A DNA stretch of 54,360 bases, the filler included, from Sphacelaria rigidula (Eukaryota), in assembly GCA_964200075.2 (NCBI GenBank). It is 3 parts of 3 records of this genome, joined end to end, with 100 filler letters (N's around TTAATTAATTAA, not from the genome) between each part and the next. Parts side by side here need not be neighbours in the genome. Positions count along the whole stretch, not along the records: positions 18,162 to 36,211 come from CAXNAA020000929.1; positions 36,312 to 54,360 come from CAXNAA020000930.1; 1 more part is not named here. One strand, given 5' to 3'. Shown one piece after another: positions 27,001 through 37,885 of this stretch. The notes beneath the pieces were generated by a model, which was given only the letters and a program-made list of their open reading frames with translations, ran no database searches and was not told the DNA's origin. Both the position numbers and the translations under genes were made by a program. The stretch's first letter is position 1. Every line of letters begins with the position of its first letter.

Positions 27001-27486
27001 TCTATTCAGTCTTTGGGTTTCATCACCACCCAATCCGCGAAGTTGGTCGGACGGAGGGTGTGGTGTTCAAGCGTTTAGATGCCAGAACTATCGAGTTACA
27101 CAACTCTATGTCAAGGTGATCAGTTTTAGTCGGCACTGGATCAGCGAGCACAGCAAGTCGAACAAAATTGCGATTCCTACCCAGCACCCTACACCGTTTA
27201 GACTAGGGAATATGTGGCAAATCATTAGTGCGCGCCATCTACAGACATCACGACACCGTCACAACACAGCGAGTACAGTACCATAGCCGCGACGTGCGCA
27301 GTGGGGTACCCGCGGCTGCACTTTGTCAACACGCGAAGCCACACAAAAATAGTCTCTCTCTTGTTCACCACGTGACCCCAGACACGAATAACGGCCACAA
27401 CCCGGACACAGGACGATCAATGAACGCAATCATGCGTCGTAATCTATATGCGTATGCTCCTTGGCATATTTTCCGTCACTCACCAT
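21046..27486 (-). CDS. RPL5: 60S ribosomal protein L5 (uL18), 9 coding exons, about 327 aa
   Basis: Minus-strand GT-AG exons: 27484-27486 (ATG|GTGAGT), 24763-24876 ([38 protein letters not shown]), 23922-24023 ([19 protein letters not shown]..), 23331-23450 (..[29 protein letters not shown]..), 22862-23079 (..[17 protein letters not shown]), 22332-22437 ([28 protein letters not shown]..), 21929-22078, 21302-21382 and 21046-21135 ([12 protein letters not shown]...TGA). All phases are compatible. The ATG-only first exon is inferred from an ideal donor site. Confidence 0.97.
26998..27082 (-). ncRNA. Candidate intronic box C/D snoRNA (18S rRNA guide) in RPL5 intron 1
   Basis: Minus strand reads GTGATGA (27026-27020), AACCCAAAGA, CTGA (27009-27006). 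AACCCAAAGACT is complementary to the conserved 18S segment AGUCUUUGGGUU. A 7-bp terminal stem GCATCTA/TAGATGC encloses it. No consensus box C is present at the 5' stem. Confidence 0.35.
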
Positions 27487-28013
27487 GATGAAAACAGCGC
27501 TGGTTAGACGCCGGCTTGAGCTAAGTGAACCAAGTCAGGGAGGACCTCTCGCTCTCCTGTGTGACGGTCTACATCTGGTCATTTTCCATAATTTAGACGG
27601 GAACTGCAACAGCATAATCGAAAATGGTACATAGTATGTGTTGGACATCGGGCATGGCCATGACACCGCAGCGAGAATGGGCCTGAAAATAGTGATCACA
27701 CCCCAATTGACCAATTGGGTTTGATTCAGAAAAAAAAAACCTGCGGCGTTCACGCTTGAAATTGCTGAGGGAATCTATGGCAAGATGCGGATTGCAAATA
27801 TCTGCAGCATTCGTCTCATTGTGCCCGGTGTATATAGACGGAACCACCGCTATCATGGTTGTCCATCACAGACGCGCGCGAGACCCCTGTTTGTTGGTGA
27901 TAATTTCCCGTACTATTGATATGATTTTAAAATAAACATGTCTTCTGGTTCGGAAAGATACAGCCTATCGATAAACCCCAAATACACGTACCGCTGCTGT
28001 ATAAATAATATAA

Positions 28014-28258
28014 TAAATATAAACTATGTATATATAATTAATTTATTCATTAATTATTGTTTGGGGATGGGATGGTTGATTAGTTGATTGGTTGATTGGT
28101 TTTGTATTTTATTTTTTGGAGAAAGGAAAGACAATAATATGATGAAATACAAATTATATATACATAATTCATTCATTCATTCTTTATTGTTCGGGGACTG
28201 GATGGTTGGTTGGTTAGTTGGTTTTGTATTTTATTTTTTGGAGAAAGGAAAGACAATA
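28014..28258. repeat. AT-rich imperfect tandem duplication (~120 bp x2) in the divergent intergenic region
   Basis: Two copies ending ...ttggttttgtattttattttttggagaaaggaaagacaata (about 28137 and 28258). Confidence 0.8.
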
Positions 28259-28467
28259 TGTAGACAATGTAACTAATGTAACTACCATACAGTTCGCCGA
28301 CGTAAAACACCTTCAGCTGTCCATTCTTCACCACCAACGGGACATTGGTGTATTATTATATCGAAAAACACGAAAAAAACAGCACCTGGGATATGAGACA
28401 CCGAAGGACACAGCTGTTCACCGACACCGGGGCAAGCAAGTGTCGAAAGATACACCAACTAAACATA

Positions 28468-31400
28468 ATGATTGTGAGAAATTCTACCGTTCGTCTAGCT
28501 CAGGCAGCTGTGGCCTTATTCGCTGCAGTGTGGGTCCCTTTTTCGGCTGCCGAAGCGCCTGTGGAGGTGATCGACTACGACGGTCTAAAAGACATCGTTG
28601 GCACCAAAGATGACTACAACACCGGAGAGCGCTTCCAAAGGTGATGTGATGTATGCTTGGGTAGATTGCGACACTGGTTCAGCACCCTACACTACACCGG
28701 TCGGGGTGAAGAAATCTGTCCAATAATAACATATGCCTATTACATCCGTCAAGGGAGCTTTGTTTATTGCCAGCGACGCGATTTTTAGGTTCTCTTATGG
28801 TACCATGTGGTACCGCACTGAACCGCTGGTTTCTGGAATCCCGATCAACATGGAAAGTTGGGCTGGCTGACACTTCCGCGGAGAAAACCGGTCGACATGC
28901 TGGGAGCCGGTCCACACCTGATCAAGAAATGAACGGTGAAAAGAAAAGTTCTGGACATTATTGAGCATCTGGTTGTGTTGTCCCCAAGAGGACGTCAGTT
29001 CAGCTCGGTAACTGAAGAGGAACCAAGAACAAGAAGCCCTTGAATACTGTGTAGTCGACCGTGTGTCTTGGCCAACCAGAGTAGACGAATATGGGGCAGA
29101 ATAACGATGTCTATTTGAAAATTCGCAACCGGAACGATCGAAGACACCGAGCGCGACGCGCCCTGACGCCGGCTGCCATCCCTGTATCTAAATCGTGCAG
29201 CACATCCCTGAAAAATTTGCAGCGTGGGTGGAGACTTTACCGTGCTCTATTTACCGTACATACATCCCCGTATCACACGACAGGCGAAGCTCCTCGGAAA
29301 ATTCCTGGTGCTCGAACCTGTCTTCAAATACAAATCCTCAGCTCTACTGAATTGGTTCTTCCGCCGCCTCCAATTCGTTCTGCAAAATGACGTGATTTTC
29401 TGTTTTTCATGAATGTGGAGAATGCTCATGAACAACACGCTGTGTGCTCTATCCCATGTGTAATCCTACGGACCTATCCTCGGTCCCCTGTCCGGCTCCA
29501 GCTTCGATTCGAGTATCCGGCTCGATCACCAATCCGCTACACTCTGCGTTTTTCCTATTTCGCCTAGATATTTTCTTCGACACTCAATCTGAATCTGTGA
29601 ATCCAGGAACTTGCTACCCTCCAGTCCTCTACCGCATTCACCTATCGCTTGTTGCGCATGTACACACTTTCACTGTCGCCGAATTTGATCGTATACAGAT
29701 GGTCGGGACATGTGCACGCGTTCAATGATGTGGCCCAATCAAATTGTCCCACAGCTTTCCTAGTACGGAAAGGCAAACCTTCCGTTCGTTTTCAGGAACG
29801 GGCTTCTCCATATTCCGATATTGTGGTCTTGTTTCCGTTCTTCGACTCAAACCCCCCGCAGTTGAATTGAGACCGCAGTCCTTCAATTCGCTTCAAAGGT
29901 ACTGTCTCCCAAGTGACACCACGCCTTTTCTTAACCCTTAGACCGCCAGGTTAGTCTTGTATTGAATCGGCATCAATTTCAAGTGAAAAAAGTATGCATG
30001 ATCCAGAAAGACTAATCTCGCGGTCTAAGGGTTAACAAGCGCCCGCATAGCGATTCGTGGAAGACCCCTCACCGGTTTTGAACCAACCCTAGAATATGTA
30101 TGTTTCCTCTGAGTCGTTTTCGTGGAGTCATGTATGATTTCATTATATGTAAACGATTCACACTGGCTGTCACCATGGGGGCAATATTCGCACACCGCGC
30201 AGCATGCCCTCTGCCTTTGCTTTCGCGATCTTCCTATTAATAATTCCAGGGCAGGCCCCTGCACACGAAGCATTTTTTGTTGTCGCACTGCTTATGCATA
30301 TGCATGGCTTCAACTGTACCGTACTATCCTGTACAGCTCTCGTGGCGGGCACGCGTGCTTTTTTCGTCAACGGCTGAAAGCAATAGTACAACTCGATATG
30401 TTATCCCTCAAGTGCACGCGGTTAAAGCGCTATTTCAATTTCTGCTACGAGTCGTGTTGCATAACAGCGTGCAGCTATCTATACCGCACAGGGGAGAATT
30501 TTAGTTTGGTCATTGACGACGCATCCTTTTCGAGACGGAGCAACCGGAGAGAGACGGGGGGGGCAGGTTCTGACTGTAGCCTACCGCATTGTACAAAAAG
30601 TGCTGTAGTTGCACCTTTCATGCAGACTGTCATCACTTCGGACAGTACACTGTCGATGCTGATTCTGTGTCAGCTGTCAAGCTTCAAAGACATAATGGAG
30701 TTATGTTGACAGCACAAACTGAGGCAGGCAGATTCCAAACACTCCGCAAGAGTCGGTGTTGTCTGACGATAATATAGGAAGGTTTCGGCACTTTTCTCTA
30801 CACCGACTACGAATGCACACGTGGAACTGGTGTCGGTACAAGGCTTGGGAGTAGAGCTTTCGATCAATGCCCGGCTCTTGCTGTAATTTGTCATCCCACA
30901 CCCTCTCCAAAACCGAAGAACATGGTGTGTCGCATCTGCTTCGTCATCATTCATTTTCTCCATTTTGTCTGGCGCGGCCTATTCGTAGGTGAGGTATCAA
31001 AAAAGAAGGTACAGGTCACGAACGCCTTCAGGGCCAAATCCACACTTGACCTAATTTCGAACACTGTATGCACGCAGCAGTAGCCGTACTCCACAGCAGT
31101 CCACATCAGGGCAATAGCAGATCTTGACGTAAATCAGGAGAGACCACACACCTCGGCGGAGATGAGCCATCTGTTCGATACTACCAGGAATCATGGCAGA
31201 GTGGACTCATGTTCTCTTCGGCCACTGCCCCGGGTGGCTCAGTTGGTGACCTCGAAACCCTCAGACGGTTGGGTCGTGGGTTCGAATCTTGGTGGAGTCA
31301 CACGATCCAGGATTTTCTCTCACACCATGCTCAACAGTGGAAGAAGGACCATGCGGTGTGTAAACAAAATTCCACTTCACGTTTGTTGACGGGAAGGGAC

Positions 31401-34400
31401 CGCTGAACCCCTTTCTCGATAAAGTTAAGGCAAGCGCTGCAGAAAGAAGGTGGAGCACTGTATCAAAAATATAACACAAAAGCCATGTATTGATTCCTCA
31501 TGTGTGTCCCCGGCTGATGCGCCCACATATACCGAAAAGTGTCTACTGGTGTCGAGAATATATGAGACAACACAACATTTCATGCGGCAATTTCCCGAAG
31601 AAAGTATACATGTTGCTACGAGCTGGGCCAGCCTAGAGGCGAATTTGAAGTTTGCAGGCCCATGCTCTTTTATATATTTAGAGTTGGGCTCTGGAATTTG
31701 GTATGGACAGTGCATAGGGCATAAGAACAGCCCAGTGGTGACTGCAGTTTGCGGAAAATGCAGCTTGACCACGAGCTGGGCTAGCCGAGAAGCGAATTTA
31801 TCGTTCGCAGGCCCGTGAGCCAGCCAATATTCAGAGTTGGACCCTAAAATTTGGTATGGACAATAAATAGGGCATAATAGAAACAACTATCAGTGCATAC
31901 GAGCTTCTTTTTCGTTTTTTTCATGAGTTAGGCGCATTGTATCGATACCTGAAAACTGATTGTTGCCCTTCACTCATGGACAAGTAAAAAAAAAACCTTG
32001 TGTTCACTGTTATTTGCTTTCATTATGCCCTATTCATTGTCCATCCCAAAATTTAGGGTCCAGCTCTAAATATTGCCCGGGTAATGGGCCGTTTAGTGAC
32101 AAGGTCGGTAGAAAATCGAAACAGTATTTCGCAGGCCACTCACCGGCCCATGTTTAATTTTTGTGTATATAAATTTTTGTGAGCCCACGCTAGGGCATAA
32201 GTAACGAAACAAAGTGGGTCAGATTGTTTTTTTCATTTTCTTCACTGGTTTAGGGCGTTTTAGTATCGAAACGACCCTTTTTTACCATAACGCCCGAACC
32301 TCTTCCCGTCCAGAAAAAATTGAGGGCCCATTTTTTCTATTCCACATACCTCCCAAGAGCAGTTTCATTTCTCCTCAAAACTGCAACAAAAACGGGACAC
32401 AAGAGTATTTCCAAAAAAGAGAAAATGGAACAGCTTGTTTTTTCTAGATTCATCATGCGCCATCGGTTCTCTGTACGAAATTTCATAGCATAACTCTCAA
32501 CAACTGAGACACGATATCCAGATTTGGTTCATCTACTGCCTCTGCTCGTAATATATTGATTTTAGTATTGAAAATTATGTGCGCCATATCTCGAGATGGA
32601 TGCAAATTAAGTGAAGGTGGCGGTATCTATCGTCTCCCCGTGCTGTAGAGAATGTCCACACCTAAATTCGCCGTCACCCGCTGAATGTATCGATCGGGGG
32701 TTTCATATAGGTTTTAGTATGGACGCTATATCCGTTAGGTATAAGAAATACTACAGTAGACTTGGGGTTTAATCAACGAGAAAATATTGGCCCAGACTTC
32801 AGAGCAGATGGGCACCTCCCACATGTTAAGACGATTAACACGATATGGGGATTACGGCCCAACTCGTCTCTGTCGATGAGATATTGCTTTGAGAGCTTAA
32901 ATCCGTTCTTAGGCTGACTCATCTCGCATGAGGTGCGGTATATTCTGAAGGTGTTGGACGTGAGGCATGTTCTTTTGTATCTCTGGGGCCAACAAAAATT
33001 GGTAGCGGAAATGGGGGATGAGGGGGTACGCATTTGTTGCTCGCCTCAGTCGGTTGACCATTGACCACGCATCCCTTTCGAGGCAGAGCAAATTGGGAGC
33101 GGGGGGGAGCTCGATTTGTGCTTGCCTTAGTCGTTTGACCATTGACCAACCAGGGAGGAGGGAGGGGGGAGACTCGACTTGATTGATTCACGTCATTCAT
33201 GTTACTCAGTGCTTCACGTCCCCGAGTTTCTTCACCTTACATCCGACAACGTCGCAAAAACAAGGTTGGTTTCTCAAACACAAGTGCAAGCACGAAAGAA
33301 TATCTCACCGATCAAATGAGAGCTTTATGGTTCTGACGTGCCACAGTTCGAAACGTTGGCCCGAAGTTTACCCATGCGCCGACACCTACAGGAGCTCACG
33401 CTCGACACCCCACACCGTAGGAAGTAACCACATTCTATCATTCAGCTGTGAGTACTGTTCGACTCAGCAGTGTCGGGGAGATGGATACCCCGCCGCGCCT
33501 TTGCTCCCCACCACAGGGATCGTTGGGAGTGGCGATATCACCGATGCGGTTTCATCGCGCTTGGCTCATGTGCTTGTCCCTTTGAGCTCTTTCTGCTCAG
33601 CCGGGGAAGGGGGGATATTCGCCTCAAACCTGAGACACAAACCAAGACGGCACCAAACCACACTTGCCCGAGCGGCGCTTACAACACTTACACCTACCCG
33701 ACAATCCAAAAAAAGAAAAAAAACGCCACGTCGTCCAGCTGACTGACAACATTGTGCGGTACTGGCTGGTGGCGTAGTGCAGTACAGTATTGCCTTGGGG
33801 TGGCTCTTGGGAGTGACGACCGCTGTGCCCTCAAAACCGGGGACCGTGGGTATTGTTTAAAAACCACCCAGTTTCTCAAACAAGGCACGGCAGCACATCG
33901 CCGTGAAAATTAAATCCATTGCCTACATGCTCTACCCATGAAATACATGTTTTCACCATGGCGGCCGTGATGGACCAATGTGAAACGAATACCACAGCCG
34001 CAGCCGAGAAGAGGCGTGTGTCTCAGTCCCCCCCTCCATTCCCCACATTTTTTGCCAAGAATCGTGTTACACGGTTATGAAGACCACGTTACGAGCAACT
34101 GCTTTAAGGGACTCTTCCGCAGCTGTAAGGGTGACCTATCGCACAGGGAGTGCTCCGCTGGAGTAGGTTTTACCACGCCATTGCTGTTGGGTGTAGAGTG
34201 GTTCCCACATGTAACTCGAAAACTCAATCGTTTTATTTTTTTCCATTCACATGAGCTCGATGCACCTGACTCCCGATCGGCTGCTAAGGACATAATCCAG
34301 TCCCCACATCCTTGCCCAAAATCTGGCAATGTCACCTCATCACGTAGACCAAACGTCAATATCTGAGCGGTGATCGCGAGGTCTAGTTCTTGGATTCAAA

Positions 34401-35948
34401 ATACCGTCCACGTTTCCCTATCCCACCTCCCCCCCAAAGCTTGGGCTTTCATTGAAGATTATCGTATTTCGCATTTTGGGGTTGAACCAACCACCAGTTG
34501 CCGCAGCGTAAAGTAGCACTGGTTACTTGTATACTACGTTCCATACAGGCATATTGTCCGCCACATTTTGTCGACCCTGCCTTGTGGCAGTACTTCTTGA
34601 CCTTCCTGTGCCCTTTCTGTGCAGTGCTCGATGCAGACGCGACGTGTGACATCAACTCTTACCTATATGTTCATCTCTATTTGTCATTCATGTCTAACAT
34701 CTTATCCATGACAAGCCACGATTCGCCGAAAATGATTACTTTTATGGGTCGTTTTTTCGACATGGCCATATTTTTTTTCTTGTTGGCTGGCGATATGGCC
34801 GATCTGTTTACTGTGAACGGTTGTTGTGCTAGCGCACCAAAACGATCAATATCCTCATGACCACGCATTGCTTCACCAAGCACTAAAGTTTATCTCGCCA
34901 CCGGAAGAGATTTCTCTGATTGCCTCGGGATGAAGATGATTTAAAACCACACGCTCTATCTCTTCTCTGCCCACTGTTCTCTTCCTTTCGCCTATTTCGC
35001 GTAACGCCGTATTCCGCGTTGGCCCATTTCATTTGTCAGTGTAGACGCACCGTACGCGTCCTCTTTCATCATCGATCATTGTTTGATCCAGCCACGGTGA
35101 TGTATGATCCTTTCCGGAATATTCCCAACGCCTTCTTTTGATGTCATTTTGATCACTCGATGATGAATGGATACTACGTACCTGGCGTGTGTGCTGCGTG
35201 GCGATGCGCGGTGCCCACTAGCGAGTAATCGTGAACCATGCAGTCCCAAGTGGTTCGCTGTGTATGTCGGGTGTCGGAGCTAACAAATACATTACATGCT
35301 CTACCCCGCCCCGCATCACCTGGTCATCCGCGCTTTCGTTTCGCACAGGGACGCGTTGGTGTTTTTCCACAATGGCGCGCCCTGCGCTCCGGACTACGAA
35401 AAAACGGGGCTGGGCGGTTACATGGCGTTCCCCGACATGTACGCGTTCGTGACGGTGGACACGGAGCATGCTGACAAGGTATTTTTCTCATTTTTTTCCC
35501 ACGTCGGCAGTCAAATGTGATCGAAGTTGAGAACATATGGTAGCCCTCAGTCGTGATGTTCATCACCGTCGCCTTCGGTGGATATGTTCACTGTTGTGAA
35601 TTATCGTGGACAGTCTTCTTCGTTTGCGAGAGACGCGAGGAAAGATAAACAAAATTAGCCTCCATTAAAAACCAGCACTTACATTTTTTTCTATGCTCAA
35701 CACACGGAGGAACCTTTGCAGGTCACTGCCGTGTCTCATCATCATTCGGCATCACCTGCGATTCCCCGTTCCTTCGCTCCCCAAAATATACATGCATATC
35801 TGTCACGGATTATACAGGAGCTGCTCGAGAAGTTCGCGATTAACACCGAAAGCATGATGACCCCAGAGACGTGCAAGGTGTTGGCAGTGATCAACCGCCG
35901 TTCGCCAGTCACTGTTCCAGACTTCAACCTCGCAATTCGAGACCAGCG
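28468..35948 (+). CDS. Partial spliced gene: signal-peptide-bearing protein, possible thioredoxin-like fold; 3' exons not found (gap at 36212)
   Basis: Phase-compatible exons: 28468-28640 (MIVRNSTVRLAQAAVALFAAVWVPFSAAEAPVEVIDYDGLKDIVGTKDDYNTGERFQ, phase 2), 35349-35478 (R-DALVFFHNGAPCAPDYEKTGLGGYMAFPDMYAFVTVDTEHADK) and 35818-35948 (ELLEKFAINTESMMTPETCKVLAVINRRSPVTVPDFNLAIRDQR|GTGAG). All have canonical AG/GT boundaries. The fold call is an inference from the pattern. Confidence 0.6.
29935..30031. mobile_element. piggyBac-like MITE (97 bp) with TTAA target-site duplication
   Basis: TTAA|CCCTTAGACCGC ... GCGGTCTAAGGG|TTAA: a perfect 12-bp TIR with CCC/GGG termini and a TTAA TSD, the piggyBac superfamily signature. 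Confidence 0.85.
31227..31577 (+). mobile_element. tRNA-derived SINE-like element
   Basis: Pol III A box TGGCTCAGTTGG and B box GGTTCGAATC at the head. The body ggctgatgcgcccacatataccgaaa..gtgt is shared with 47947-48355 and 50633-50880. CA-rich tail. Confidence 0.7.
31615..32200. repeat. Direct (~153-bp period) and inverted repeats, probable non-autonomous DNA transposon remnant
   Basis: gagctgggc..gcgaattt..gcaggccc..agagttgg..aatttggtatggaca..atagggcataa at about 31620 and 31773; inverted copy at about 32023-32075. Confidence 0.55.
33025..33170 (-). mobile_element. LINE-like 3'-end fragments (same family as 838-1593)
   Basis: Reverse complement of gaaagggatgcgtggtcaatggtcaa..gact.aggc..gca.caaat, present twice in tandem. 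Confidence 0.65.
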
Positions 35949-36211
35949 GTGAGGACAGTCGATTCTCGACTCCTGAACGTGCCAAAATCTCTTCAAAACA
36001 TGACAACACCTTGGACAATACATGGTGAAAAAATTGCCATAGACAGGTAATATACTGCGTGAAGTGTAGGCCTATTGCAGCTATTGTCGTCTGACAATAG
36101 TCGCCGCAATAGGCCTGTACTTTACACAGAACATTTCAAGGGTCGGACATATATTGATTCGTCTGAAAATTGCTTGGTTTGAGTATGATGAGTCGACTCG
36201 TGACGAATCAA

Positions 36212-36311
36212 NNNNNNNNNNNNNNNNNNNNNNNNNNNNNNNNNNNNNNNNNNNNTTAATTAATTAANNNNNNNNNNNNNNNNNNNNNNNNNNNNNNNNN
36301 NNNNNNNNNNN
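36212..36311. other. Assembly gap (100 nt) with an artificial TTAATTAATTAA linker
   Basis: N44-TTAATTAATTAA-N44. Confidence 0.95.
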
Positions 36312-36844
36312 GTCATTTGTCTTGAATTTAGGGGAGGGAAAGCACGGCTTTTGAGTTGAACCTCTTTTTTTTTTTCAACCCCATTGTCGAGAATCTGCTG
36401 TTAACTACTGCACGCCAAAGAAAAAAATGGATTCCGATAAGCGAAATTTTGGAGTCCTAGAATTGTTTTGTTTGCCTAGGACTCCAAAATTTCGAATGTC
36501 GGAATCCAAATTGCTTTGGCGTGTAGTAGTGTTAATATCTACCAGTAAATGAGGAAATGAAACCATGAATCGGAGAATTGATGCGGATACAACAATTTTG
36601 ATTCTCCGGGTTATTATCCTCAATGAAAAGCTCCATACTAATTTTCAGTGATCGGCTGTTCTTTGATGTCAGGGTCGACCGGTCGAATAGCTGCTGCATT
36701 CAAACACGTGTGAAGTATTGATTGATGAAAAATAATAACCTTGCTTTCGGCGCAATACTTTCGGGACTTTCTTGTTTGAAAGATCTCGGAAAGGATTCGG
36801 TAAAAGTCATCCCTGTCTTGCCCGTGCCGTAACCTCTCGGGTCC

Positions 36845-37885
36845 TGGCTCAGGGCGTGTCTTAGGCCGTGTCTTGAGGTGTGTCTTAGCACATGAGTTTT
36901 CGATCGAAATTGTGCAATGTCAAACAAAAATCCCGATCTGATAGGTCGTAATTTCAACCATCGTCGTTTTTTAAGATGTTTAAAGTCACGACCGGTCGTA
37001 ATTTAAACCATCGTCGTTTTTTGAGATGTTTAAAATCACGACCTATCAGATCGGTATTTTTTTTTCCACCGCACGATTTCGATCGAAAAATGATATATGC
37101 TAAGGCCAACTCTTATGGGAGCGTTTGAAATTTTATTTTGGAACAATTTCAGAGTAGTTTTTTTTCTATTTGCCATCATGGCGAACGGGCACAAAATACA
37201 TAACTACGGCCAAAAAAAGAAAAAGTCGTTAAAATCATTGCACAATAAAATTCTAAACGCTCCCATAAAAGTTGACCTAAGACACGGCCTCAGGCCGACT
37301 CTTACTGGAGCGTTTGAAATCATATTTTGCAACAAGTTCGTAGGATTTGTTTTTTCTTTGTCATCATGGTGAACGGGCACAAAATACACAACTACGGCAA
37401 AGAAAAAAAAAGTCGTTGAAAATTATTGCAAAATAAATTTCTAAACGCTCCCATGAGAGTTGACCTTGGAACATCTTTTTCCGATCGAAATCGTGCGGTG
37501 ACAAACATCCCGATCTGATAGGTCGTGATTTCAAACATCTGTGAACTACGATAGATGAAAATCACGACCTATCAGATAAGAGTTTTCTTTTTCCAACACA
37601 TATTTGCGATCGAAAAATAATGTGCGAAGACACGCCTTATTAGCAAGTCATTTTTCAATCGAAAAGATGAGGTGGAAACAAAAAATCCGATCTGATTGAT
37701 CGTGACTTCGACATGAAAAATGATGTATTATTAATAGTTGAAATCACGACTTATCAGATCGCGATTTTCCTCCTCCACCACACATTTTCGATCGAAAAAC
37801 AATGTGCGAAGACACGCCCTTCATTAGGCTGTATACATTTTTTTCGATTGCACTTTTGCGATCGAAAAGAGAAAATTCGATCTGA
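36845..37885. repeat. Cluster of direct and inverted repeat units (foldback/MITE-like)
   Basis: The unit aatcacgacctatcagatcg..tttt..ccac..tttcgatcgaaaaa recurs in both orientations. Two tandem hairpin units tgggagcgtttgaaat...ttctaaacgctcccat lie at about 37100-37470. Isolated copies occur at about 2450-2525 and 53365-53420. Confidence 0.75.

Noticed and set aside
31227..31300. tRNA-like sequence with A and B boxes (also about 47947)
   Set aside because: No proper cloverleaf or acceptor stem; it is the head of a repeated SINE-like element.
34449..34883. Minus-strand Lys-rich ORF fragments that might be a decayed DNA transposase
   Set aside because: No diagnostic motif I can identify; interrupted by stops.
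36845..37885. Regularly recurring repeats that could suggest a CRISPR array
   Set aside because: Eukaryotic context, degenerate units in both orientations, no unique constant-length spacers and no cas genes.
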